From positions 343,788-407,787 of the forward strand of contig CAZWKQ010000001.1 in NCBI GenBank assembly GCA_964634005.1: a stretch of 64,000 bases of DNA. Reading direction: 5' to 3'. Both the position numbers and the translations under genes were made by a program. Source of the stretch: an uncultured Bacteroides sp. Lineage in GTDB: Bacteria > Bacteroidota > Bacteroidia > Bacteroidales > JACABE01. The first letter of the stretch is position 1, and every line of letters begins with the position of its first letter. The notes under the pieces were generated by a model. The model was not told where the DNA came from and did no database searches. It worked only from the letters and a program-made list of their open reading frames with translations. Shown here piece after piece: positions 29,142 through 38,284 of this stretch.

Positions 29142-30941
29142 TTATCTAATTACCAATTTCTGAATCTGCCGCCCCGATTGGCTGCTTAATCTGACGAAAT
29201 AAACTCCTTTTGCATAATCAATGGCATTAATAAAAAAGTTCTTTTCTCCTTTCGTAATTTCTCCTTCGTAAATTGTTTCTATTTTTTTACCCATTATATC
29301 AAATAATTCCAACAGTATTTTAGTGTTCGAATTTCCGGTAACAGGAATACAAGTTATGTATTTTGCAGGATTGGGATAAATACTTTTTAGAACACAACCA
29401 TTATTATACTCATTCTCAGCAATATTGTTTATATTTAATTTATATTTAAACTTCCACTTTCCTGATGGAGCTGTTATTGGTCTAACCATTTGTTTACCTG
29501 AATTTGACTTAGCATATATAAAATATTCAAAAGTGAAAGTAGTAGTATCGGGTGAAACATACGAAGGTAAAGAAACCGTTGCTTTATAATAATCAGGCTG
29601 CCCTGCTATAGGATACATAACCGCTGAATCTGAAATCGACAGTGAATTTACAGTATAATAAAGCATAGCTTTTTGAATTCCTGAACGATGTTTAATCAAT
29701 GCAGTAAATTCAACATTTTGGGGAGAAGGATTATTCCCTAATAAATCATTCTTAGGCTGATGTACAATTAATAATGGATCTTTTGATGCTACAGAATGAG
29801 TTATACAATGTATTGCTCCGCTTGCCGAAATTGTTGAGTTACAATTAATTCCAACAACATTATATCCCGGTAATGATTGCTGATATATTCTTTGGGCAAT
29901 TGTGTCATATTGAGCGTAATAAGTGGGATATATAAATGTTTTGTTTACAAAAACACCGTTTGTAAAAGTAAGATAATCACCATTGGGCGGGTATGAACCT
30001 GAAGTAGAGGGAGGCATCGGAATTCTAATAACTTTATACGGAGTGCCAAAAACAGATAAATGATTCGACAGTAAATATTGCAGATTGGCCTCTATTTGAG
30101 GCCCATCGGCAGTACCCGACGGATATTGCCCTACCAATATTGTTTCCTCATCCAACAATTTCATATGCATATCAATATGGTGAATACCGTCATAAGGCAA
30201 ATTATTGAACTTAATATAACGTTTTATCCCTAAGAATTTTTTTGCTAAGGTATCAATATCGGCCTCTGTAAGATTTTGGTTATACCCGCCTCCTGTAGCA
30301 TTTTCATCAAGTATTAATTTTGATGAAAATGCAGTTCCAAGCCCGTCGCTCATAAAATTACCTCCTGTTGCTACTAATTTATAAGGCGCCTGATTCATCT
30401 CATATAGAGGCAGTCCGGTAATTTTCGACATAGTTCTTGCTAAAGTATCGTCTTTAGGGCGTGGGCGATTATAAACCCAATCTACCAATAAAAGTGAATC
30501 TACATCATTAGTATAAACATTATTAGCACTGAAATCACGAACCCATACGCTATTGAAAGGAGCTATTACAAATCTCACGTTTGTTGTAGAAATGTTATTT
30601 GAAACCAAGGTATTTTTTACAGTGTTAGAATCGGAACATACAATGTAAACCTTACACTCATTAACGGCATTTCTAACAATTTCTCTTATAACTGAAGTAT
30701 AGGAAGTCCAAACAACTATTAGTCCTTCAATTTCTTCCCATTCTGCAGCCGAACGAACTTGTGAACTTGGCGGATAACTATAACCTTTTGTTTCAAAAGA
30801 GTTAAAATAATAATCTTTCATTATAATTTTTTCTTGAGGTGTCAATGACTTAGGTAAATCCTGAGCTTTAACAGTTTGAAAGAAAAACAAAAATAGCACC
30901 GCAAAAACTAAAGAAATTTTTAAATGTTTAATTATAATCAT
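29142..30941 (-). CDS. Agmatine deiminase / PPAD-family (PAD_porph) guanidino-modifying enzyme with T9SS C-terminal sorting domain
   Basis: Signal peptide ..QTVKA|QDLP. Catalytic-Cys motif SGAIHCITH at roughly aa 375, then ~130 aa of Ig-like region. C-terminal domain IYPNPAKYITCIPV..GVYFVRLSS..QKLVIR. Confidence 0.8.
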   Translation of the reverse strand: MIIIKHLKISLVFAVLFLFFFQTVKAQDLPKSLTPQEKIIMKDYYFNSFETKGYSYPPSSQVRSAAEWEEIEGLIVVWTSYTSVIREIVRNAVNECKVYIVCSDSNTVKNTLVSNNISTTNVRFVIAPFNSVWVRDFSANNVYTNDVDSLLLVDWVYNRPRPKDDTLARTMSKITGLPLYEMNQAPYKLVATGGNFMSDGLGTAFSSKLILDENATGGGYNQNLTEADIDTLAKKFLGIKRYIKFNNLPYDGIHHIDMHMKLLDEETILVGQYPSGTADGPQIEANLQYLLSNHLSVFGTPYKVIRIPMPPSTSGSYPPNGDYLTFTNGVFVNKTFIYPTYYAQYDTIAQRIYQQSLPGYNVVGINCNSTISASGAIHCITHSVASKDPLLIVHQPKNDLLGNNPSPQNVEFTALIKHRSGIQKAMLYYTVNSLSISDSAVMYPIAGQPDYYKATVSLPSYVSPDTTTFTFEYFIYAKSNSGKQMVRPITAPSGKWKFKYKLNINNIAENEYNNGCVLKSIYPNPAKYITCIPVTGNSNTKILLELFDIMGKKIETIYEGEITKGEKNFFINAIDYAKGVYFVRLSSQSGRQIQKLVIR

Positions 30942-30987
30942 AATACACTATTCTTTTTATATTTTTCCGTAAAATTAGTTAAATATT

Positions 30988-30995
30988 TAATTTTG
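30988..30995 (+). promoter_or_regulatory. -7 box TAATTTTG upstream of the U32 peptidase-family gene
   Basis: Match to TAnnTTTG 50 nt upstream of the ATG at 31045. Confidence 0.4.
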
Positions 30996-31044
30996 CGTAA
31001 TAAAATTGAAATATTTAGAAGGGGAACCGATAATAAAACAAAAA

Positions 31045-32295
31045 ATGACAAATGATATAGAAATAATGTCCCCTGTGGGTTCTTACGAATCGCTTATGGC
31101 AGCTATTCAAGGCGGTGCTGATTCGGTATATTTCGGAGTAGGACAGTTAAATATGAGAGCTAAATCTTCAAATAATTTTTCTGTTGAAGATTTGATTTCA
31201 ATTACCCAAATATGTAGCGAAAATAATATTAAATCATACTTAACTGTCAATACTGTTGTTTTCGATAATGAAATATCGCAAATGAAAGAATTGGTTGATG
31301 CTGCAAAGCAATACAAAATCAGTGCAATTATTGCCTCTGATATGGCAGTATTAAACTATGCCCGTAAAATATCAATGGAAACTCACATATCGACTCAATG
31401 CAACATAACAAACATAGATGCCGTAGAATTCTATTCTCAATTTGCCGATGTAATGGTTACAGCCCGAGAGTTGAATTTAAAACAGGTTTCTGATATTATT
31501 AAAGAAATAGAAAAAAGAAAAATAACGGGACCGTCGGGAGAATTGGTAAAGATAGAAATTTTTGCTCATGGAGCTTTATGTATGGCCGTTTCGGGAAAGT
31601 GTTATCTTAGTCTCGATAATCTTAATTATTCTGCAAATCGAGGAGCTTGTTTGCAAATATGTCGTCGTCCTTATAAAGTTACCGATAGAGACGGAGGCAT
31701 TGAGCTTGAGATTGACAACGAGTACATTATGTCTCCCAAAGATCTTAAAACAATAGATTTTATCGATAAAATAATCAAAGCAGGAGTAAAAGTACTAAAA
31801 ATTGAAGGCAGAGGCCGATCGCCGGAATATGTTAAAACTGTTACCCGATGCTATAAAGAAGCTGTTAATGCTTATTTCGAAGGTAATTATACTATCGAAA
31901 ATATTAAAAAATGGGAAGAAAAATTATACACGGTATATAACAGAGGGTTCTGGGATGGCTATTACCTTGGCCGAAAATTAGGTGAATGGTCATCGAAATA
32001 TGGTTCACAGGCTACCAAAAAGAAATTGTATATAGGTAAAATTACAAACTATTTCTCAAACCTAAAAGTTGCCGAAATAAAAGTAGAAACCAACAATTTG
32101 GAAACCGGTGATGAAATTCATATTATCGGCCCAACTACCGGTGTTTACGAAGATAAAGTCGAAGAAATCAGAGTAAATTTACAAAAAGTAAATCGTGCCG
32201 AAAAAGGTGAATTTTGCTCAATACCGGTTAATGATGTTGTTAGACGTCAAGATAAACTATACAAAATTATTGATTCGACTGGCGATGAAATTTAG
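31045..32295 (+). CDS. Peptidase U32 family protein
   Basis: IEIMSPVGSYESLMAAIQGGADSVYFG, and the E..HGALC......C.LS motif present as FAHGALCMAVSGKCYLS. ATG at 31045 is preferred to TTG at 31006. Confidence 0.85.
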   Translation: MTNDIEIMSPVGSYESLMAAIQGGADSVYFGVGQLNMRAKSSNNFSVEDLISITQICSENNIKSYLTVNTVVFDNEISQMKELVDAAKQYKISAIIASDMAVLNYARKISMETHISTQCNITNIDAVEFYSQFADVMVTARELNLKQVSDIIKEIEKRKITGPSGELVKIEIFAHGALCMAVSGKCYLSLDNLNYSANRGACLQICRRPYKVTDRDGGIELEIDNEYIMSPKDLKTIDFIDKIIKAGVKVLKIEGRGRSPEYVKTVTRCYKEAVNAYFEGNYTIENIKKWEEKLYTVYNRGFWDGYYLGRKLGEWSSKYGSQATKKKLYIGKITNYFSNLKVAEIKVETNNLETGDEIHIIGPTTGVYEDKVEEIRVNLQKVNRAEKGEFCSIPVNDVVRRQDKLYKIIDSTGDEI

Positions 32296-33130
32296 CAATT
32301 ATCATACTCATACTTTTTTTTGCGATGGCTCTTCGCATCCCGAATTATATGTTAAAAAAGCTATAGAATTGGGAATAGTAAATTTAGGGTTCTCAAGTCA
32401 CGCACCATTACCGTTGAAAAATGGATTTTCACTTAATATCGATAATATTGATGAGTATATAAAAACAATTAAAACTCTTAAAGATAAATATACGGGGCAA
32501 ATAAATATATTCATAGCTCTGGAAGCCGATTATATACCTGAAACATCGTATGATTTTTCGCTTTTTAAAAATAAGTTCAACTTCGATTACCTTATTGGTT
32601 CTGTTCATCTTGTGAAGAATCTGGATAATAATAAACTTTGGTTTATTGATGGTCCTGAAATTGAACAATATGACAAAGGATTAGAAAAAGTTTTCGATAA
32701 TAATATTAAAAACGGAGTAACTGCTTATTACAAGCAAATACAAGAAATGATAATTACACAAAAACCTGATATTATCGGACATCTCGATAAAATAAAAATG
32801 AATAACAAAAACCGATTTTTCAGTGAAAGTGAAAAATGGTACGTTGAATTAGTTGATGAAACTCTGGAATTAATATTGCAATCAGGTTCTATAGTGGAAG
32901 TCAATACAAGAGGAATATACAAAAAACGCACATACGACTTTTTCCCATCAATCGAAATTCTAAAAAAAATAAAGAATCTAAATATTCCTATAGTTATAAA
33001 TTCTGATGCTCATCATCCCGACGAACTCGGTGAGAAAATACCCGAAGCTTATAAAGCAATTAAGGAAATTGGTTTCAAAAACATCATGGAATTCAATAAT
33101 TCTCAATGGATAGAAGTATCAATAGACTAG
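32285..33130 (+). CDS. HisJ-family histidinol-phosphatase (PHP domain)
   Basis: MKFSNYHTHTFFCDGS.., GFSSHAP, GSVH, IGHLD, NSDAHHP. The ATG at 32285 overlaps the U32 stop by 11 nt. Confidence 0.8.
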   Translation: MKFSNYHTHTFFCDGSSHPELYVKKAIELGIVNLGFSSHAPLPLKNGFSLNIDNIDEYIKTIKTLKDKYTGQINIFIALEADYIPETSYDFSLFKNKFNFDYLIGSVHLVKNLDNNKLWFIDGPEIEQYDKGLEKVFDNNIKNGVTAYYKQIQEMIITQKPDIIGHLDKIKMNNKNRFFSESEKWYVELVDETLELILQSGSIVEVNTRGIYKKRTYDFFPSIEILKKIKNLNIPIVINSDAHHPDELGEKIPEAYKAIKEIGFKNIMEFNNSQWIEVSID

Positions 33131-33159
33131 GAATACCGGTTATTTGTTGTCTATAAATA

Positions 33160-33798
33160 TTACTTTAACAATATCATTTTAATTATCAGATAAACACCGA
33201 AAATTATTAAAAGTAGTCCTACTATATGATTTGTCCATTTCATAAAATTATCATTCATATAGCTTTTAATTTTATGAGCTATAAAGCATTTGAGCAAATC
33301 TACAGAAAAAACAGTAAGTAAGGTTGCCGAAAAAAAAGCTATAATTCTGTTAACAAAGTGATTATCACCACTTGTACTTACTTCGGAAGTAGCAACCCCA
33401 ACCCAAAAAATCCAGTAAAACCAAACAGAAGGGTTTGCAATGTTCAGAAAAAACCCTTTAATGATGTAGGTCATAAAGCCGGGTTTCTTAACTTCAACCT
33501 CTCCGTTTTCGACTATTTTAAGATGACGCGTAAAAGTATATGTACCAAACAGTATCAATAATATTCCGCCCAAAATACCGGCTATTTTTTGGTTCTCAGT
33601 AATATTAAGCAATTGTGAAGCTCCAAGATATGATAATATAACCAACGCACAATCGCTAAGAAATATACCTACAGCTAAAAACATCCCCGAACGAAATCCT
33701 CTATGTATGCTCGTTTGTATCAATGAGAAAAATGCGGGTCCTATAAGCACCGAAAGCGTTAGTCCAAGCAAAATACCCTTAAAAACAACGTTATACAT
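33160..33798 (-). CDS. LysE/RhtB-family amino-acid exporter
   Basis: 212 aa with six TM segments. N-terminal GPAFFSLIQTSIHRGFRSG motif. Confidence 0.75.
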   Translation of the reverse strand: MYNVVFKGILLGLTLSVLIGPAFFSLIQTSIHRGFRSGMFLAVGIFLSDCALVILSYLGASQLLNITENQKIAGILGGILLILFGTYTFTRHLKIVENGEVEVKKPGFMTYIIKGFFLNIANPSVWFYWIFWVGVATSEVSTSGDNHFVNRIIAFFSATLLTVFSVDLLKCFIAHKIKSYMNDNFMKWTNHIVGLLLIIFGVYLIIKMILLK

Positions 33799-33816
33799 AT
33801 CCGGATTTACAGTATT

Positions 33817-35364
33817 TTAGTTTTTTTGATAGTATTCATTATTCAAATAATCTAACCACTGCTGCATTTTTTCGTTTTTCAATACACGCGGAAACTTATT
33901 CTGGCCACCCTCCTTACCTTGCTGCTTCATCCAGTTATAAAAAATTGACGATGGAAGAACCTCTACAAAAACATCCTTAATTGCTGCAATTCTTTCAACC
34001 CTATAGTCGTCATTGAGTTTTTTCAGATATTCGTCAATTTTTCTGCTTGCCAATACATTGTCAATTTTATCATCGGTTCCTATAAACCATTTATGGGCAA
34101 ACATTGTATCATGTTTAATTCCAATAACCGTAAATTCCTTAACATCAATATTACATTCGTCGCAAAGCATTTTTATTGCCATGTTCATATTTTCTTGCGA
34201 TAAATGCTCGCCGCATATATTTAAGAAATGCTTTGTACGGCCTGTGATTACGATTTCACACAATTTTTTATCAGTAAATTTTATGGTATCGCCTATTAAA
34301 TACCTCCAAGCACCTGCTGAAGTAGATATCAACAAAGCATAATCTTTGTTTTCTTCTACCTGACTTATAGTTAAAGAAGTAGGATTTGCAACTATATTTC
34401 CTTCATCATCAAAATTATCGGAAGTAAAAGGAACAAATTCAAAGAAAAGACCATTGTCGAGTACCAATTGCATCGAACTAGTATTTGGACGACTCTGAAA
34501 AGCTATAAAACCTTCGGAAGCAAGATAAGTTTCAATATAGGTTAAAGGTCTGGAAAGCAGTTTTTCAAAACCTTTTTTATAAGGCTCAAACGAAACACCC
34601 CCATGAACGTAAATGTTTAAGTTTGGCCAAACATCATGTATAGTTTTTACCTGATAATATTGAATTATTTTCTCTAAAAGTATTTGCAACCAAGCAGGAA
34701 CTCCCACAATAACTCCAATATCCCAATTTTTAGCATTTTTAACTATTTCATCAAGTTTAGTTGTCCAATCCCTTTCTTTTGATATCCTTTTTCCGGGTTT
34801 GTAGAAATGTTCGAACCAAAACGGAATATTTCCCGCTGTTATACCTGATAAATCGCCTTCGAAATAAGTCCCGTTGTATAGTAAATGGGTACTTCCTCCC
34901 AACATTAAAATACCTTTTTCGTAAAATTCATTAGGAAAATCATATTTTGCCAATGAAATAATTTGCCTTATACTAGTTTTCTTAATAGCTTTCAGCATAT
35001 CATTAGTAACAGGAATATATTTACTCGAGGCTTCGGATGTTCCTGAACTCAATGCAAAATATTTCACCTTTCCGGGCCAACAAACAAAAGATTCACCGTT
35101 AATGGTTCTATACCACCATTTTCTGAATATTGTATTATATGTATGTACAGGTACATTCTGTTTAAACGATTCGACCAAATCGTCGCTTTTTAAAATGTCG
35201 ATAAATTGATAATGTTCGCCAAATGTTGTAAAGTAAGCTTTTTTTAATAGTTTTTTTAATTCGTTCCTTTGAGCCTTTTCAGGGTTTATTCTGCTCCTCT
35301 TTTCAAGAGGAATCTTACTCCTTAGTTCTATTGCTCTTTTAATTATTGAACCTAATATGGGCAT
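33817..35364 (-). CDS. GH3 family (acyl-acid amido synthetase-like adenylating enzyme) protein
   Basis: TTFGEHYQF, VPVHTYN, FALSSGTSEASSKYIPVT, GGS..L..G.YFEGDLSGI. ATG at 35364 is preferred to TTG at 35430. Confidence 0.75.
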   Translation of the reverse strand: MPILGSIIKRAIELRSKIPLEKRSRINPEKAQRNELKKLLKKAYFTTFGEHYQFIDILKSDDLVESFKQNVPVHTYNTIFRKWWYRTINGESFVCWPGKVKYFALSSGTSEASSKYIPVTNDMLKAIKKTSIRQIISLAKYDFPNEFYEKGILMLGGSTHLLYNGTYFEGDLSGITAGNIPFWFEHFYKPGKRISKERDWTTKLDEIVKNAKNWDIGVIVGVPAWLQILLEKIIQYYQVKTIHDVWPNLNIYVHGGVSFEPYKKGFEKLLSRPLTYIETYLASEGFIAFQSRPNTSSMQLVLDNGLFFEFVPFTSDNFDDEGNIVANPTSLTISQVEENKDYALLISTSAGAWRYLIGDTIKFTDKKLCEIVITGRTKHFLNICGEHLSQENMNMAIKMLCDECNIDVKEFTVIGIKHDTMFAHKWFIGTDDKIDNVLASRKIDEYLKKLNDDYRVERIAAIKDVFVEVLPSSIFYNWMKQQGKEGGQNKFPRVLKNEKMQQWLDYLNNEYYQKN

Positions 35365-35369
35365 AAAAT

Positions 35370-35377
35370 TAATTTTG
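35370..35377 (+). promoter_or_regulatory. -7 box TAATTTTG upstream of the EEP-family gene
   Basis: Match to TAnnTTTG 57 nt upstream of the ATG at 35434. It lies just outside the trimmed GH3 start. Confidence 0.4.
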
Positions 35378-35433
35378 CGGGTAAAATTAGAAATTTTTTT
35401 TGTTTTACGTAAAAATTTTAATTTTACCAAGTT

Positions 35434-36606
35434 ATGATTAAAGCAAAGTTCAGCATAATAAAGATATTTTCAATACTTTTTAGTAAGTTGAATTTATTAT
35501 TCAGTTTCTTGAAAGGAAAAATAATAGTATTTAAGAAATCAGCAGCTTATTTACTTATTTCTTTGGCTGTTTTGTTTTATCTTTTGGGATTATATCTGTT
35601 ATTTTTAAAATTTACCGATTTTCGTCCCGTAAAGAAAATAGTTTTAGCCGAGACAAAAAATAATAAAGCTTTAGAATTAATAAATAAACCCATAACTTTA
35701 ATTACTTGGAACATAGGGTACGCAGGTTTGGATAGTAACATGGACTTTTTCTATGATGGCGGAAAGAAAGTTAGACCAAGCATAGCCGATTATCAAAAAA
35801 ACCTGAATTTCATACTCAATCAGCTTGCCTCTTTTAATTATGCCGATTTCATTCTATTACAAGAAGTAGATATTTTCTCGAAAAGAAGTTACTTTAGCAA
35901 CCAATACGAGTTAATCAGAAAATTTTTGCCCGATTACTACTCAGGATTTTCGAAAAACTATGACGTTCAATTTGTTGTAATGCCTCTTTATTCTCCTATG
36001 GGAAGAGTTAAGGCCGGTATTGCTACCTTTTCGAAGTACAAAGCCGATGAAATAGCAAGGTATTCCTATAGTTCAAATTTCAACTTCCCTTTAAATTTAC
36101 TTATGCTCGATCGTTGTTTTATGGTTAATAAATTCACCATTGAGGGAAATAAAAAACTTTATGTTATCAATACTCATAACTCTGCATTCGACGGAGGTAA
36201 ACTAAGTTCGATTGAACTTGCCGAGCTTAAGGATTTTATTTTAAATTGTTACAAAAATGGTGATTATGTGATTGTAGGTGGAGATTTCAATAACAATCCG
36301 CCCTACTTTAGCAGAGTTAATTATTGGAAAAATTATAAAAAAGCCGATATTAACTCCATTGACGAAAAATTTTTAACAAACGGCTGGAAAATAGTATATG
36401 ACACCTTGATCCCAAGCAATCGTTTTGTTGATGAACCTTTTAATATAAATACAACCAAAACTACCACTATTGACTTCTTTATCACCTCACCAAACATTGA
36501 GACTATTTACATCCAAGCCATTGATATGGGATTTTCCCATTCCGATCATAATCCTGTGGCTATGCAGGTAATCTTAAAGCCAAATTTTTCATTAAGAACG
36601 CAGTGA
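35434..36606 (+). CDS. Membrane-anchored endonuclease/exonuclease/phosphatase (EEP) family protein
   Basis: N-terminal TM segment. TWNIGY, LLQEVD, NTHNSAFD, GGDFN, SDHNPV. Confidence 0.75.
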   Translation: MIKAKFSIIKIFSILFSKLNLLFSFLKGKIIVFKKSAAYLLISLAVLFYLLGLYLLFLKFTDFRPVKKIVLAETKNNKALELINKPITLITWNIGYAGLDSNMDFFYDGGKKVRPSIADYQKNLNFILNQLASFNYADFILLQEVDIFSKRSYFSNQYELIRKFLPDYYSGFSKNYDVQFVVMPLYSPMGRVKAGIATFSKYKADEIARYSYSSNFNFPLNLLMLDRCFMVNKFTIEGNKKLYVINTHNSAFDGGKLSSIELAELKDFILNCYKNGDYVIVGGDFNNNPPYFSRVNYWKNYKKADINSIDEKFLTNGWKIVYDTLIPSNRFVDEPFNINTTKTTTIDFFITSPNIETIYIQAIDMGFSHSDHNPVAMQVILKPNFSLRTQ

Positions 36607-36687
36607 ACTAATGAAATTAATTGGGAAAAGCCAGAATAAGAAAATCTTTATTGAATGTTTGATTTAAAAAAATTCCGTTTCATTGAA

Positions 36688-36695
36688 TATCTTTG
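36688..36695 (+). promoter_or_regulatory. -7 box TATCTTTG upstream of nadD
   Basis: Match to TAnnTTTG 21 nt upstream of the ATG at 36716, inside the TTG-extended ORF. Confidence 0.45.
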
Positions 36696-36715
36696 CAAAT
36701 AATTTTAAATGTTTA

Positions 36716-37303
36716 ATGAAAATTCCAAAGAATATAGGACTTTATTTTGGTACTTTTAACCCGATTCATATCGGGCATTTGATAATTGCCGAACAAATAC
36801 TTTCATTGTCGCAACTCGAAGAGATTTGGTTTGTTGTTTCTCCTCAAAATCCGTTTAAAAACAAAAAAAGCCTGCTTAAGGCAAATCATCGTCTTGCAAT
36901 GGTTAAAATTGCCATTGACGACAATCCTTTTTTCAAAGCTTGCGATATAGAGTTTTCGCTGCCTCAACCTTCATACACAGTTCATACTTTGGTTTATCTT
37001 CAGGAAAAATATCCCGAAAAAACTTTTTCACTTATTTTAGGCAGCGATAATCTTGTAACATTCGATAAATGGTTCAATTACGAATATATACTCGAAAATT
37101 ACAATATTTACGTTTATCCCCGTCCGTCATCACACGAAAGCCCTTTTGATAAACATAAATCAATTAAAAAAATAAATGCCCCATTTATCGAAATTTCGTC
37201 AAGTTATATCCGAAATGCCATAAAAAACAATATTTCAGTCAATTATATGCTTCATCCAAAAGTGATGAAATATATTGATGAAATGAATTTTTACAGAAAA
37301 TGA
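36716..37303 (+). CDS. nadD: Nicotinate-nucleotide adenylyltransferase
   Basis: GLYFGTFNPIHIGHL (HxGH), SPQNPFK, ISSSYIR. Confidence 0.88.
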   Translation: MKIPKNIGLYFGTFNPIHIGHLIIAEQILSLSQLEEIWFVVSPQNPFKNKKSLLKANHRLAMVKIAIDDNPFFKACDIEFSLPQPSYTVHTLVYLQEKYPEKTFSLILGSDNLVTFDKWFNYEYILENYNIYVYPRPSSHESPFDKHKSIKKINAPFIEISSSYIRNAIKNNISVNYMLHPKVMKYIDEMNFYRK

Positions 37304-37315
37304 AAAAACTATAAG

Positions 37316-38284
37316 ATGGTAAAAATCGGAAATATAGAATTACCCGACCTATCAATATGGTTAGCCCCGATGGAAGATGTTACCGATCCGCCTTTCAGGT
37401 TGATTTGTAAGCGATTTGGTGCAGATGTTGTAATTTCTGAATTTATATCATCAGAGGGTTTAATAAGAGATGCCAAAAAAAGTACCGTTAAACTCGATTT
37501 CGACCCCAACGAAAGACCCTTTGGTATTCAGATTTTTGGGCATGAAATAACTTCGATGTGCAGGGCAGCAGAAGTAGCATCATCTGCTAATCCCGATTTT
37601 ATTGATATTAACTGGGGGTGTCCTGTTAAAAAAGTTGCCAATAAAGGAGCCGGAGCAGGTATATTGAGCGATATCCCCAAAATGATTAAAATTACAGAAG
37701 CCGTTGTTAAATCTACAAATCTTCCCGTTACGGTTAAAACTCGTTTAGGTATTGATGAAAAAAACAATCCGATAATAGAAATCGCCGAAAGGCTTCAGGA
37801 TATTGGAATACAGGCCATAACGATACACGGCAGGACTAAAGTTCAACTGTACAAAGGCGAAGCTGATTGGACATTAATAGGTGAAGTAAAAAATAATCCG
37901 AGAATTAAAATTCCAGTAATTGGAAACGGGGATATTTCAAATGCTTTAGTTGCAAAAGATAAACTAAAATACGGTATTGACGGTTTAATGATAGGAAGAG
38001 CAAGTATTGGTAATCCATGGATATTCAGTGAAGTAAAAAACTATTTATTTGAAAATAAACTTAATACACCTCCTACTATTCAGGAAAGAGTAGAAATTTG
38101 TAAAGAACATCTTATTAAAAGCATTAATTGGAAAGGCGAAAAATTGGGCATACTCGAAATGAGAAAGCATTATTCGGGATACTTTAAAGGTATTCCCGAT
38201 TTTAAACACTATAGAATAAAACTTGTTACAAGCAACGATTATAAAGAAATTATTGATACCCTTGAAGAGGTTAATCAAATTTAA
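37316..38284 (+). CDS. dusB: tRNA-dihydrouridine synthase
   Basis: LAPMEDVTDPPFR, INWGCP, TIHGRT, GNGDI. Confidence 0.88.
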   Translation: MVKIGNIELPDLSIWLAPMEDVTDPPFRLICKRFGADVVISEFISSEGLIRDAKKSTVKLDFDPNERPFGIQIFGHEITSMCRAAEVASSANPDFIDINWGCPVKKVANKGAGAGILSDIPKMIKITEAVVKSTNLPVTVKTRLGIDEKNNPIIEIAERLQDIGIQAITIHGRTKVQLYKGEADWTLIGEVKNNPRIKIPVIGNGDISNALVAKDKLKYGIDGLMIGRASIGNPWIFSEVKNYLFENKLNTPPTIQERVEICKEHLIKSINWKGEKLGILEMRKHYSGYFKGIPDFKHYRIKLVTSNDYKEIIDTLEEVNQI

